A stretch of 64,000 bases of DNA from an uncultured candidate division Zixibacteria bacterium (GCA_963702205.1 OY969724.1:96001-160000); one strand, 5' to 3'. Positions 18,269 to 29,664 are shown, numbered from the stretch's first letter. Notes: generated by a model from the sequence alone, not told the origin. Translations and numbers: made by a program.

Positions 18269-18811
18269 ATGAATATTAAAGAAAAGGTTTTTGTGGCATT
18301 TGATTACTGCCTTACTCTGGACTCAGGAGAAGAGGTCGATAAATCACCCGCGGGTCAGCCCCTTGGTTTTATTACAGGTACTGGTCAGATAATCCCGGGC
18401 CTGGAAAAAGAGATGATGGGCATGTCAGTGGGCGACAGCGTTAAGATCAGCGTTGAGCCTGAAGATGCCTATGGACCTGTCAATCCCGAACTGTTTCAGG
18501 AAGTTAAAAGAGAACAGTTTCCGCCTGAGATGGAGATAAAGCCTGGCATGACATTCAGGTCTGAAGGACCGCAGGGACAAATGATCATAAATGTCTCGGA
18601 AATAAAAGATAAAGATACAGTAGTAATTGACCTTAACCATCCCCTTGCAGGTAAAAGACTGCACTTTGATGTTAATATAGCCGAAATTAGAGACTTGACT
18701 CCCGAAGAGGCTGCCGGCCTTTCCTCCGGATGCGGCTGCGGTTGCGATTGCAGTTCGGAAGATACAGAGTGCGGTTCAGGCGGCTGCGGATCCGAGGGCG
18801 GGTGCTGCTAA
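18269..18811 (+). CDS. slyD: FKBP-type peptidyl-prolyl isomerase with Cys-rich tail
   Basis: GQIIPGLE, PEDAYG and DLNHPLAGKRLHF motifs; RBS aaggag before ATG 18269. Confidence 0.9.
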   Translation: MNIKEKVFVAFDYCLTLDSGEEVDKSPAGQPLGFITGTGQIIPGLEKEMMGMSVGDSVKISVEPEDAYGPVNPELFQEVKREQFPPEMEIKPGMTFRSEGPQGQMIINVSEIKDKDTVVIDLNHPLAGKRLHFDVNIAEIRDLTPEEAAGLSSGCGCGCDCSSEDTECGSGGCGSEGGCC

Positions 18812-18858
18812 CCCCTCCGTGGTATACTAAATAAAATTATTTCAGAGTCTGCTTTTGT

Positions 18859-20757
18859 ATGGCTGTTTTAAGTTTGCAGGATGTAACCATCGGTTTTGGA
18901 GGCCCCCCTCTTCTGGACAGGATTAATCTTCAGGTGGAAAAGGGCGAAAGGGTCTGTATATTGGGGCGGAACGGTGAGGGTAAGACCACACTTCTCAAAC
19001 TGATAGGTAGTATTATCAAACCCGACAGCGGTTCAATATCAGTACAGAAAGGTAATTCCGTTTCAGGACTTTCTCAGGATCTGCCCGATACCCTGACCGG
19101 CACTGTTCATCAGGTTGTTGCCGGTGGTTTTACAGAAGCACAGGGACTTCTCCTGGAATACAGCAGGCTTTCAAAAAATATTTCAAAGGATAAGGACGAT
19201 TCTGCCCTTGATAAGATAGCCGTAATTCAGGAAAAGCTTGACAGATCAGGTGGATGGGAGATCGGTAGCAGGGTTGATGAGGTAATTTCCAGACTTTCTC
19301 TTGATCCTGAGTTAACATTTGAATCTCTATCCGTGGGATTTAAGCGCAGGGCCCTTCTTGCAAGGGCGCTTGTCTCAAAGCCTGACCTGCTCCTGCTGGA
19401 CGAACCCACCAACCACCTTGATACCGCTTCCATAACATGGATGGAGGAGTTTCTCGAAAAATATCCGGGGACGATCATCATTGTCACCCACGACAGGATG
19501 TTCCTTCAGAAACTCGCCACACGGATTATTGAAATAGACCGCGGGAAAATACTCAACTGGGCCTGCGGTTATACCGACTTCTTAAAAAGGCGCCAGGAGG
19601 TGCTTGGTACCGAGGAGATCCACAGGCAGCAGTTCAAACGTAAACTCGCACAGGAAGAGGAATGGATAAGAAAGGGCATTAAGGCAAGGCGGACCAGGAA
19701 CGAGGGAAGGGTTCGTGTGCTGGAAAAAATGCGTGAAGAGCAAAAGGGATGGCGATTAAAATCGGGCGTTTCAAAGATAAACATCCAGGATGGCCTGGCA
19801 TCCGGCAAGCTGGCTATTGAGGCCTCGGATATAAGCCACAGCTACGGCGAAAAGACTGTGATCAGGGATTTTTCCACAAAGGTTATTCGTGGTGACAGAA
19901 TCGGTGTAATAGGCCCGAATGGAATAGGCAAATCAACGCTTTTAAAGATACTGCTGGGAGAAATTAATCCTGACAGGGGCATTGTAAAACATGGAACCAG
20001 GCTTGAGATCACATATTTTGATCAGCTTAGAGAGCAACTGGATGAGAATGCCACTGTGCAGGCTAATATAGCTGACGGTAAAGACACTGTAATAATTAAC
20101 AATGTTGCGAGGCATGTTATAGGCTACCTGAAGGATTTTCTGTTTACCCCCGAAAGGGCAAGAAGTCCGGTCCGGGTCCTCTCGGGTGGAGAACGAAACA
20201 GGCTCCTTCTTGCAAGGCTTTTTACCCGTTCTTCCAATCTTCTGGTGCTGGACGAGCCTACCAATGACCTTGATATGGAAACACTGGAACTGCTGGAAGA
20301 ACGATTGCTTGAATACAGTGGGACAATCCTCCTGGTGAGTCATGACCGCGCGTTTCTTAACAACGTTATAACCAGTACTATTGTATTTGAAGGAAATGGG
20401 GATATTTCCGAATATCCGGGCGGATATGATGACTGGCTCCTTCAGCGGCCCGAACCGGCACCCGGAGAGAATGCAGATAAACCCGCCAGGCAAAAGAAAG
20501 ATCGCCCGAAAAAGGAGCAGCCCCGCAAACTTACCTTTAAGGAAAACCGTGAACTCGAGGGCCTGCCCGGTCTGATAGAAGATCTCGAACAGGAGCAGAA
20601 AAATCTGTTTGATCAGATGTCTGATCCTGAATTTTATAAAAAATCCGGCGAAAATATATCAAAGATAAAATCAAGGCTGGAAGAACTGAAGGTTTTGCTG
20701 GCTTCCTCATATGACCGGTGGGAAGAACTTGAAACTATAAGAGAGACAGCATCCTGA
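18859..20757 (+). CDS. uup: ABC-F family ATPase Uup
   Basis: Two ABC domains (GRNGEGKT, GPNGIGKST, LDEPTN), KARRTRNEGRVR, C-terminal KLTFKENREL coiled coil. Confidence 0.92.
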   Translation: MAVLSLQDVTIGFGGPPLLDRINLQVEKGERVCILGRNGEGKTTLLKLIGSIIKPDSGSISVQKGNSVSGLSQDLPDTLTGTVHQVVAGGFTEAQGLLLEYSRLSKNISKDKDDSALDKIAVIQEKLDRSGGWEIGSRVDEVISRLSLDPELTFESLSVGFKRRALLARALVSKPDLLLLDEPTNHLDTASITWMEEFLEKYPGTIIIVTHDRMFLQKLATRIIEIDRGKILNWACGYTDFLKRRQEVLGTEEIHRQQFKRKLAQEEEWIRKGIKARRTRNEGRVRVLEKMREEQKGWRLKSGVSKINIQDGLASGKLAIEASDISHSYGEKTVIRDFSTKVIRGDRIGVIGPNGIGKSTLLKILLGEINPDRGIVKHGTRLEITYFDQLREQLDENATVQANIADGKDTVIINNVARHVIGYLKDFLFTPERARSPVRVLSGGERNRLLLARLFTRSSNLLVLDEPTNDLDMETLELLEERLLEYSGTILLVSHDRAFLNNVITSTIVFEGNGDISEYPGGYDDWLLQRPEPAPGENADKPARQKKDRPKKEQPRKLTFKENRELEGLPGLIEDLEQEQKNLFDQMSDPEFYKKSGENISKIKSRLEELKVLLASSYDRWEELETIRETAS

Positions 20758-20972
20758 TATAAAAAAATGATTTCACATATTGTTCTGTTTCATGTTGTTT
20801 CAATAATGAAACATAGATAACCTGTTATAATTACTTCAAATAATACCCCATTATTGACTTTTGCATGTTTCATGCATAGTATCTTCCTGTTTGAGATAAA
20901 TTCCGGTGGATTAATTAAAAGATATAGCCATGCCTTAACCGTTTTGTAAAGTCTATATATGTATTACCTCTG

Positions 20973-22691
20973 ATGAATAAAATGTACTTTCCTAAAGATC
21001 CGGAGAAACCGGAAAACCCCGGCGAATTACTCGAAGGCGATGGCGTGATAGCTATCTCTCCTGACCTGAGAGTAATGTCAGCGAATTCACAGGCAGAAAT
21101 GATTTTAAAAAGGTCTTTTAATCCGGGCCGGGACTTTAATCTTTCAGATATTATAACCCGGCAAACCCTGCCGGATATTGAAAGGGCCCTTGAAGAGGTC
21201 CTTTTAAATGGGCATCCCCGGGAAAATCTTGAGGCTGTGCTCGAAAACGGATCAATAGCATTGAACCTTTCTGTAAACCCGATCCTTGATCCAGATAAAA
21301 AGATAATCGGTGCAATACTTGCATTCAGGTGCAAAGGCCCTGGTTTAGCCCTGCCTGAAACGGAAGACGATAATCTTTTTGTTGGATATGACACGCTTTT
21401 CGATCAAATGGCAGAAGGTGTTTTCACGATAAACAGCCGCTGGAAGATAACTGCCTTTAACAGGCGCGCACAGGAAATAACCGGTTTCAGCAGTGAAGAA
21501 GTGCTTGGTAACTATTGCTGGGAGATCTTCAGGAGCGACCTCTGTAAAAGCAACTGCCCCTTAAAGAGATCTATTGAAACAGGCACTGCATGTATGGACC
21601 AGGATATCCGTATAGTTGTAAAGGACGGCAGGAGCCAATCGATACTGGTAAATACATCGGCTATCAGAAACAACAATAACCGCGTTGTAGGGGCCATCGA
21701 GACATTCAGGCTCCTGACCTCAGCGAATGAAGAAAATGATATATCAACTGAAAGCCGCAAAAGTATGAACGAAATAATCGGGCAGAGCGCCCCTTTAAAA
21801 AAAATACTTCGTTTGCTGCCCGATGTAGCGGCTTCAGAGGCATCGGTAATTATTGAAGGAGAGCCGGGGACTGGCAAGGAACTCATTGCAAGGACCATAC
21901 ATCAGCAGAGCAAAAGATCCGGCGGACCTTTTATTTCTGTCAACTGTTCCGCGATTTCCGAAAACCTCCTTGACTCGGAATTATTCGGTCATGCCAAAGA
22001 CGCCTTTACCGGTGCGGTGAATGCCAGGGTAGGCAAGCTGGAACTTGCAAAGAACGGCACTCTTTTCCTTGATGAAATCTGTGACATCAAACCGGAAACA
22101 CAGATAAAGATGCTTCGCGTGCTTGAGGAGCGCGTCTTTGAAAGGGTTGCCGGGATCAGGACCATACCGATGGATACACGCATCATTGCGGCCACCAATA
22201 AAAGCCTGGCTGTCGAGGTGAGAGAGGGCCGGTTCAGGGAAGACCTCTATTACAAGCTTAGAACAGTACCTATCTATCTTCCCCCGTTAAGGGAAAGAAA
22301 ATCCGATATCCCCCTTCTCGTGAATCACTATATTGCAAAATTTAATAAAAAATTCGGTAAAAAGGTCAAGGGGATAGACACGAAGGTACAAAAATTATTA
22401 AACCAGTTTTCATGGCCCGGAAATATCAGGGAGCTTGAAAGGATACTGGAATATGCCTTCGTATTTGTAAAGGGGCCGATAATAACCTCTTTGCACCTGC
22501 CTGAGACAGGTAAAAACACCCTGACTGCCAGGCCGGAACGCCTTAACAGCTCTTATCTGTGGGAGGAGGAAAAGCTTACCATTGAAAACGTCCTGAAAAA
22601 AACAAACGGGCACAGAGATGATGCCGCAGGGATACTTGGTATCAGCCGGACTTCTCTCTGGAGAAAAATGAAGGCTCACGGACTTTTGTAG
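20973..22691 (+). CDS. PAS-PAS sigma54-type enhancer-binding protein with Fis HTH
   Basis: GEPGTGKE, SELFGH..DAFTGA, FLDEI, FREDLYY, WPGNIREL, LGISRTSLWRKM. Confidence 0.92.
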   Translation: MNKMYFPKDPEKPENPGELLEGDGVIAISPDLRVMSANSQAEMILKRSFNPGRDFNLSDIITRQTLPDIERALEEVLLNGHPRENLEAVLENGSIALNLSVNPILDPDKKIIGAILAFRCKGPGLALPETEDDNLFVGYDTLFDQMAEGVFTINSRWKITAFNRRAQEITGFSSEEVLGNYCWEIFRSDLCKSNCPLKRSIETGTACMDQDIRIVVKDGRSQSILVNTSAIRNNNNRVVGAIETFRLLTSANEENDISTESRKSMNEIIGQSAPLKKILRLLPDVAASEASVIIEGEPGTGKELIARTIHQQSKRSGGPFISVNCSAISENLLDSELFGHAKDAFTGAVNARVGKLELAKNGTLFLDEICDIKPETQIKMLRVLEERVFERVAGIRTIPMDTRIIAATNKSLAVEVREGRFREDLYYKLRTVPIYLPPLRERKSDIPLLVNHYIAKFNKKFGKKVKGIDTKVQKLLNQFSWPGNIRELERILEYAFVFVKGPIITSLHLPETGKNTLTARPERLNSSYLWEEEKLTIENVLKKTNGHRDDAAGILGISRTSLWRKMKAHGLL

Positions 22692-22988
22692 TAAAACCAC
22701 CCCTGTGATTGAACTGTTTGAAACAAATTTTGTGAAATATTTTACATGCGAACTTAATCAATTAAATTAATTGGTTAAATTGTTTTATGGTAAATATTTA
22801 TGCTGAATATGTTGCATCTGTTTCACATTTTTTGTTGCTTTATTCGGATATTATTCCTATAAAAAGCCGTTATATCAGGATAGGATCGTTATATTCCTAT
22901 GATTGAATAAATATAAAAAACTCCCGGCAGATTCACTGAAAGATTTATATTTATCTGCCGATGTAATCGATAACATACGGAGACAATT

Positions 22989-24233
22989 ATGGCTGATGTT
23001 AAGGCATGGGATTGGATAGATACTAACAAAAAAATACCATTCCGGGAATGGGAAGATCAATATGAATGGGTTGAAGAACCATATGTAAGTCCTGACGGAG
23101 AAAAAATAGCCGCGATAGTCAGAACAGAAGATGAAGAATTTAACGTCTGTGTCAACGGTGAACCATGGGAGACCCCCTTTGAAAAAATATATAACCTGCG
23201 ATTCGGCCCTGACGGCAGACTTGTCGCGCTTGTTTCCCAGGATATGGAATGGACCGTTGCGATTGATGGAACCCCGTGGGAAAACAAGTTCGGATTCGTC
23301 TGGAACCTTATGTTCAGCCGGGACGGCGCCCATATTGCTGTGGCATGCGAAATGGACATGGAATATGTTGTGACACTTGATGATACATCCTGGGAAAATA
23401 CATTCCCCAGCATCACAAATATAGTAATGAGCCCTGACGGGGCGCAGACCTCCGCAACAGTACAGACCCAGCCTTTAGATGCGGCTGATATAGAAAAATA
23501 TAGAGAGGGCATATATACGGCCGCGCCAGGCGGAAATCCATGGGAAAAATCATTCGTAAATGTCTGGCAGAATGTCTTCAATCCTGACGGGAAAAGAGTC
23601 GCAGCCGATATCCGGTTAAACAGATTCGAATACACTATTGCAGTTGATGGAGAAAGATGGAACAGGACGTTCCCGATGGTATGGGAGCCAAGCTTTAATC
23701 CGGTATCCGGAGAAGTTGTTGCACCTGTCCAATCCGGAGGATGGACACTTGCAAATGAAAACGGCCCCATATGGAAATCAAGATTCAAACAGGTGTGGAA
23801 CCAGCAGTTCAGCCCGGATGGTAAAAAACTGGCGGCTATTGTTGCTCCTTCCTTTGGAAAATGGACCATAGCTGTTAACGACCAGGCCTGGACAACACAG
23901 GTTGGGGATCTTATCACCGACATGACCATAAGCAGTGACAGTAATAGAATTGCTGCGGTTATAAAGGATCAGGGCAAGTGGGGAGTTGTAGTAGATGACA
24001 AACCCTGGGGCATTGACTTTGATATGGCGTGGAAACCGGTATTCAGCTTGGAAGGAAACCATGTTGCCGCAGCCGTTGAGAAAAATGGCAAGAAATATAT
24101 TATTCTTGACGGAGCTCTTCTTCCCACGCCGTATGATCAGTTGTGGTCACCTGTTTTTAATGAAACGGGCAGAAAATTACTGATTAAAGCAATGATCGAT
24201 GGAGAGTATAACCGGATTATTCATATATTATGA
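22989..24233 (+). CDS. tmcD: Tmc complex beta-propeller subunit
   Basis: Trp-rich repeats (SPDG..IAA, WT(V/I)A(V/I)(D/N)..W); first gene of a tmcDCBA-like cluster. Confidence 0.85.
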   Translation: MADVKAWDWIDTNKKIPFREWEDQYEWVEEPYVSPDGEKIAAIVRTEDEEFNVCVNGEPWETPFEKIYNLRFGPDGRLVALVSQDMEWTVAIDGTPWENKFGFVWNLMFSRDGAHIAVACEMDMEYVVTLDDTSWENTFPSITNIVMSPDGAQTSATVQTQPLDAADIEKYREGIYTAAPGGNPWEKSFVNVWQNVFNPDGKRVAADIRLNRFEYTIAVDGERWNRTFPMVWEPSFNPVSGEVVAPVQSGGWTLANENGPIWKSRFKQVWNQQFSPDGKKLAAIVAPSFGKWTIAVNDQAWTTQVGDLITDMTISSDSNRIAAVIKDQGKWGVVVDDKPWGIDFDMAWKPVFSLEGNHVAAAVEKNGKKYIILDGALLPTPYDQLWSPVFNETGRKLLIKAMIDGEYNRIIHIL

Positions 24234-24296
24234 TAAGATTTAAAATATTTAATATTATTTTGAAAGCAATGCACTTACTATTTTACGGAGATAATA

Positions 24297-24956
24297 ATGG
24301 ATAGTGTTTATATGTTCCTCACAGGTCCAATGATGTGGATCTGTTTTGCTGTTTTTATAATTGGTGTAATTTATCAGGTTTACCGGCTTTACAGCCTTAC
24401 CAAAAAAAAGGAACCCTTCATATTTTCCTTTATCAGTCTTAAATACGGGTTGAGATCCATCTGGCACTGGATCATACCGTTTGCATCTACCAACATGCGG
24501 GAACAGCCGGCAATGACAGTCGTAGGATTTGCGTTTCATGCGTCCCTGATCCTGGCACCGATCTTTCTTGTGGCCCATATCGTACTCTTGAATGACGCAT
24601 TTAATATCAGTTACTGGGCGCTGCCCAATATTGTTGCCGATGTTATGGCTGTTATGGTTATTGTCGGGGGTGTGTTTTTTCTGGTACGAAGGATAGCCAG
24701 ACAGGAAGTACGTTTTGTCACTTCTATTTCCGATTATGTTCTGCTCCTGGTAGTTGTACTTCCTTTTATTACAGGATTATGGTCAGCTTATCAATTCCCA
24801 GGGTATTCCTATGCACTCCTTGTTCACATTATCAGCGGGCAGATAATGCTCATGGTAATTCCTTTTACCCGTTTGATACACATGATTTTCGGAGCATTTT
24901 CACGTGCATATACAGGCTCCGAATTCGGCGGAGTTCGTTTCGCCAGAGACTGGTAA
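24297..24956 (+). CDS. tmcC: Tmc membrane cytochrome b subunit (NarI-like)
   Basis: Five TM segments, conserved His in FHASL, VAHIV and VHII; PFTRLIH. Confidence 0.88.
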   Translation: MDSVYMFLTGPMMWICFAVFIIGVIYQVYRLYSLTKKKEPFIFSFISLKYGLRSIWHWIIPFASTNMREQPAMTVVGFAFHASLILAPIFLVAHIVLLNDAFNISYWALPNIVADVMAVMVIVGGVFFLVRRIARQEVRFVTSISDYVLLLVVVLPFITGLWSAYQFPGYSYALLVHIISGQIMLMVIPFTRLIHMIFGAFSRAYTGSEFGGVRFARDW

Positions 24957-25033
24957 AGGTATTATCAAGACAATGACATCCTGGAATTTGCAATAATAAA
25001 AAAATAAAAAGTCCGGTACGACAGGAGAAACAC

Positions 25034-26365
25034 ATGGACGAAGCAATAAAGTCAGCAGAAAAGACTAATCAAATATTAGATGAAGGAATGGCCAGAGGAA
25101 TAGAAAGACTCACTCCTGACAAAATAGAAGCAGTCATAAACCAGGTCCTCAAGGGAGAAACCGGTACAAGGTTCAAGATGTATATCAATACCTGTGTGCA
25201 TTGCGGGCTTTGCTCCGAGGCATGCCATTTTTATGTTTCAAACGATAAGGACCCCCACTGGTCGCCGGTAGGAAAAGTAAAACAGACCATATGGGAAATG
25301 ATCAAAAAGAAAGGGAAGGTATCTACTGATTTTTTAATAAGGGCAGCCGAAGTCGCCCATACCGAATGCAACCTGTGTAAAAGATGTTCCATGTATTGTC
25401 CGTTCGGTATCGATATAGCATACATGATGCTGGTTGTCAGGAGAATCATCCATAAACTCGAGATGACCCCCCTTTATATCCAGGACACTGTCAACAGTCA
25501 TGCAGCCACTATGAACCAGATGTGGGTAAAGGAGAATGAATGGGTCGATACCCTTCAATGGCAGGAGGACGAAGCCAGAGATGAAATTCCTAAACTGAGG
25601 ATACCCATTGAAAAGGAAGGGGCGGATATTATGTATTCGGTTATCGCCCCCGAACCAAAATTCCAGGCAGGCCTCATATATCAGGCTGCTGTTTTGATGA
25701 ATGTAACAGGAGTAGACTGGACAATGCCGGCAACACCCGGATGGGATAACAGTGACATGGCCATGTTTACAGGTGACAATGAAATTATGGCCAGACTCAC
25801 ACGAAAGCATTTTGAAACGGCAGCAAGACTTAAAGTTAAAAAAATAGTAATGGGCGAATGCGGGCATGCCTTCCGTTCTGTTTACGACATGGGAAACCGT
25901 GCCCTGAGCTGGAGGATGCCTCCGATTCAAATGGTTCATGCTATTGAGTTTTATTATGATCTTTTTAAGGCAGGAAAAATAAAATTAGCAAAAAAATACG
26001 ATAAACCGGTAACTCTTCATGATCCGTGCAATGTTGTAAGAGGCAGAGGTCTTCACGAAAAGGCCAGATATGTTGTAAATCAGCTTTGTGACAACCTTGT
26101 GGAAATGCATCCTAACCGCGAGCTCAATTACTGCTGCAGCGCAGGAGGCGGAGTGATCAATTGCGGCCCTCCATATAAAACAAAAAGGGTCTTAGGCAAC
26201 AGGATTAAAGCGGAACAACTGGAGGCTACCGGGGTTCCCGTGGTTATTGCGCCGTGTCACAATTGCCACAGCGGTCTTGAAGATATCGTACACTATTTTG
26301 AAGTGGACATGGAAGTAAAGTTCATAATTGATATTCTGTACGAGTGTTTAGATAAAGGAGAATAA
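25034..26365 (+). CDS. tmcB: Tmc HdrD-like Fe-S subunit
   Basis: CVHCGLCSEAC, CNLCKRCSMYCP, GECGHA, LHDPC, YCCSAGGG, APCHNC. Confidence 0.9.
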   Translation: MDEAIKSAEKTNQILDEGMARGIERLTPDKIEAVINQVLKGETGTRFKMYINTCVHCGLCSEACHFYVSNDKDPHWSPVGKVKQTIWEMIKKKGKVSTDFLIRAAEVAHTECNLCKRCSMYCPFGIDIAYMMLVVRRIIHKLEMTPLYIQDTVNSHAATMNQMWVKENEWVDTLQWQEDEARDEIPKLRIPIEKEGADIMYSVIAPEPKFQAGLIYQAAVLMNVTGVDWTMPATPGWDNSDMAMFTGDNEIMARLTRKHFETAARLKVKKIVMGECGHAFRSVYDMGNRALSWRMPPIQMVHAIEFYYDLFKAGKIKLAKKYDKPVTLHDPCNVVRGRGLHEKARYVVNQLCDNLVEMHPNRELNYCCSAGGGVINCGPPYKTKRVLGNRIKAEQLEATGVPVVIAPCHNCHSGLEDIVHYFEVDMEVKFIIDILYECLDKGE

Positions 26366-26366
26366 A

Positions 26367-26759
26367 ATGGAGATAAGAATCTCAATTCTTATTGCAATAA
26401 TATTAGTGCTCATATTGGGGTTCAGTGCATCAGGCAGTAATCAGCGAATCACCTTTTTAGACAGAACTGTATTTGAAAACCCGAAGGAACCGACCTCTGT
26501 TTTTGGTCATGACTCTCATTATCTGGATCAGGGTATTGAATGCAATGAATGCCATCACGTGTATGAAAACGGTGTGCTAGTAAAAGGTAAAAGCTCGGAA
26601 AACAAAAGGTGCTCCGAATGCCACCCTTTAAAACCTACAAAAGATGAAAAGCTTACATTGATGAAGGCATTCCACATGAGCTGTCAGGGTTGTCATGAGA
26701 AAAAAAAGGAAGGGCCTGTTATGTGCGGGAACTGCCATAAGAGATATAACCGTTTTTAA
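26367..26759 (+). CDS. tmcA: Tetraheme cytochrome c3
   Basis: Signal/TM N-terminus; four CxxCH motifs. Confidence 0.88.
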   Translation: MEIRISILIAIILVLILGFSASGSNQRITFLDRTVFENPKEPTSVFGHDSHYLDQGIECNECHHVYENGVLVKGKSSENKRCSECHPLKPTKDEKLTLMKAFHMSCQGCHEKKKEGPVMCGNCHKRYNRF

Positions 26760-27868
26760 CTCTTTTCAAGAATAAAAAGGGGCATCTGATCAGCGATCAA
26801 AAGCCCCTTTTTTGTCGGGACAATTATATTGCCTTTAATCTCAATGTGGCCAGAAGATACCAGGCCTGATATCTTCTCCATTGCCCCGGTAATATCTGAA
26901 AATTCATCTATCATTACACCTTCCGTGGTCCTCAGGCCCAGTGAAACCTTTTCCAGGATTTCCTGTTCCTCCGATAATACCTCAAAATCTTCGACAGGAA
27001 GTTTTCCGCTTTCGAGGTCTAAACAATATTTCCTGACCGATCTGAAATTCCACCATCTTTTTTTTCCGTCAAAAGAGTGGGCAGACGGACCAAGCCCCAG
27101 GTATGGGATACGCTGCCAGTATTTCATATTATGCCCTGATCTTAACGCACGGTTTTTTGCAAAATTTGATACCTCATAATGGATATAACCATGCTGTTCC
27201 AGATAATCCGATGTTTCAAGGAAGAATCTGCTGGCAGAATCCTCTGAAAGTTCTTTTAACGTCCCTTTATTTTTCATCGCATTAAATACTGTTTTTCCTT
27301 CTATTGTAAGCTGATAGCATGAGATATGTTCGGGGCTGAAGGAAAGGGCCTTTTCCATCGTCTGAATCCATTGTGCAGGGGTTTGATCCTTAAGACCATA
27401 AATAAGATCTATACCGACATTATCAAAACCGGCATCTCTGAGGCCTTTTATTGCCCTTTCGCAATCCGCAGCGCTGTGACGTCTTCCGAGAAAGAGCAGG
27501 TCCCTGTCATTGAATGATTGAATCCCCAGGTTTATTCTGTTGATCCCCAGTGATTTTATACCTGCGATTTTATCCGGAGTCATGTCCCCAGGATTTGCCT
27601 CGACAGTAATCTCCGCACCATCCTTAAGATTGAAGCTGGCTGCTATAGAGTCAAATATTTCTTCAATTGTACCGGTTTCAAGCAGAGACGGTGTTCCGCC
27701 ACCAAGGTATATGGTATCAAAGCAGCCAAATCTCCCGGCGTAAAGCAAAATCTCCTTTTTCAGAGATTCTATCCAGCTCCGGACGAGAGAGGTTGACGCA
27801 ATGGAATAAAAATCGCAATAGGGACATTTTGACCTGCAGAAAGGGATGTGGATGTAGAGGCCATCCAT
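26756..27868 (-). CDS. hemW: Radical SAM heme chaperone (HemN-like)
   Basis: LYIHIPFCRSKCPYCDF, YLGGGTPS, YEVSNFA, HNMKYW, GLGPSAHS; downstream of lepA. Confidence 0.9.
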   Translation of the reverse strand: MDGLYIHIPFCRSKCPYCDFYSIASTSLVRSWIESLKKEILLYAGRFGCFDTIYLGGGTPSLLETGTIEEIFDSIAASFNLKDGAEITVEANPGDMTPDKIAGIKSLGINRINLGIQSFNDRDLLFLGRRHSAADCERAIKGLRDAGFDNVGIDLIYGLKDQTPAQWIQTMEKALSFSPEHISCYQLTIEGKTVFNAMKNKGTLKELSEDSASRFFLETSDYLEQHGYIHYEVSNFAKNRALRSGHNMKYWQRIPYLGLGPSAHSFDGKKRWWNFRSVRKYCLDLESGKLPVEDFEVLSEEQEILEKVSLGLRTTEGVMIDEFSDITGAMEKISGLVSSGHIEIKGNIIVPTKKGLLIADQMPLFILEKS

Positions 27869-27870
27869 CC

Positions 27871-29664
27871 TTAATCATTATCCGACTTAAACACCGCCAC
27901 AAATGCGCTCTGAGGGATAGAAACCGCACCTATCATCTTCATTCTCTCTTTCCCTTTTTCTGCTTTTCGAGGAGTTTGCGCTTACGCGAGATATCTCCGC
28001 CATAGCACTTGGCAGTAACATCCTTCCTGAAGGCATTTATGGTGCTTCTAGCAATGATGGTCCCGCCTATGGCGCCCTGGATAGGTATTTTAAACATATG
28101 CCTGGGGATTTCTTCCTTTAGCTTATCACAGGCGTGTACCGCCCTAGCCCTCGCCCGGTCACGGTGAACGATTTGAGAAAGTGCATCAACCTTTTCAGAA
28201 TTGACAAGGATATCCAGTTTAACAAGATCGTTTTTCCGGTAATCCAGCATGTCATAATCAAATGACCCATAGCCCTGTGTAACGGTCTTGAGTTTATCAT
28301 AAAAATCATAAAGTATCTCTGCAAGGGGCATGTCAAAGTTGATCTCGACCCTTCCCGGAGTAGGATAGTTGAACCTGGCGTTTTCGCCCCTTCTCTCAAG
28401 ACACAGGTCCATTACAACCCCCATATACCTTTCGGGGATCAATATGTTAGTCTTTATATATGGTTCCAGAGAAGTTTGTATGGTTGCCGGATCAGGATAA
28501 TAAAGAGGATTATCCACACTGATCTTTTCACCGCTTGTCAGCTCAAAGTGATATTCAACCGAAGGGACAGTCATGATGATGGACTGGTCAAATTCTCTTT
28601 CAAGCCGTTCCTGTACTATCTCCAGATGCAATAACCCCAGGAAACCGCACCTGAAGCCCATCCCGAGGGCTGCCGATGAGTCCTTCTGGTATACAAAGGC
28701 CGCGTCATTGAGCTTGTATTTCTCGAGGGCGTCGGTCAAGGACCCGTAATCCTCCGATGAGATCGGGTATATTGACGAAAATACCACTGGTTTTACTTCC
28801 CTGAACCCGGGCAGTGGTTTAGGGGCAGGACTGCTGTCAAGGGTGATAGTGTCACCGATACTTGTATCGCTTACAGTCTTTATCCCTGCTATTATGTAGC
28901 CCACATCACCGGCCGAGAGGCACTTGAGGGGCTCTCTCTTGATTCCGAATCTGCCCACCTCTTCTACCTTGTAGGCTGCCCCATTGGACATGAATCTGAT
29001 AACCTCACGCGGTACCAGCTTTCCCGAAAAAACCCTGCAGCATACAACAGTGCCCCTGAAGGGATCATAATCAGCATCAAAAATAAGTGCCTGCAGCGGG
29101 CCGTCAGGGTCACCCGTCGGAGGAGGTACATATTCTACTATGGCCTCCATAATATCCTCGATGCCGATTCCCTCCTTTGCGGAGCAGAGGATTGCCATGT
29201 CGGAGTCAAGGCCAAGATCTATCTCTATCTGTTCCTTTACCCTCTCAACATCGGCCGAAGCAAGATCTATCTTGTTGATCACCGGTATTATTTCAAGATC
29301 CTGCTCAAGTGCGGTGTAAAGGTTCGCCAGTGTCTGGGCCTCAACACCCTGTGACGCGTCGATAACGAGCAGCGCACCCTCACAAGAGGCAAGGGCCCTG
29401 GATACTTCATATGAAAAGTCCACATGCCCGGGTGTGTCGATAAGGTTCAGTTCAAACTGTTCGCCTTTTTTATTTGTATATGGAAGAGTAATGGCCTGAC
29501 TCTTTATAGTAATACCCCTCTCTCTCAATATCCATGCTGTCAAGAATCTGGTCCCTGAACTGTCGTTCGTCAACCATGCCCGTATACTGAATCAATCTAT
29601 CGGCGAGTGTGGACTTGCCATGGTCAATATGTGCTATTATGCTGAAATTTCTTATGTTCTTCAT
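27871..29664 (-). CDS. lepA: Elongation factor 4 with two apparent frameshifts (~29520 and ~27948)
   Basis: [31 protein letters not shown] split by loss of one AG unit; [41 protein letters not shown] continues in a shifted frame. Confidence 0.93.

Noticed and set aside
23057..23929. 290-aa antisense ORF (likewise 35577-36371 and 60256-60918)
   Set aside because: Shadow frames opposite well-supported genes
29510..29530. Phase variation or programmed frameshift in lepA
   Set aside because: The repeat is short, a second independent indel occurs in the same gene and others occur nearby; assembly error is more likely
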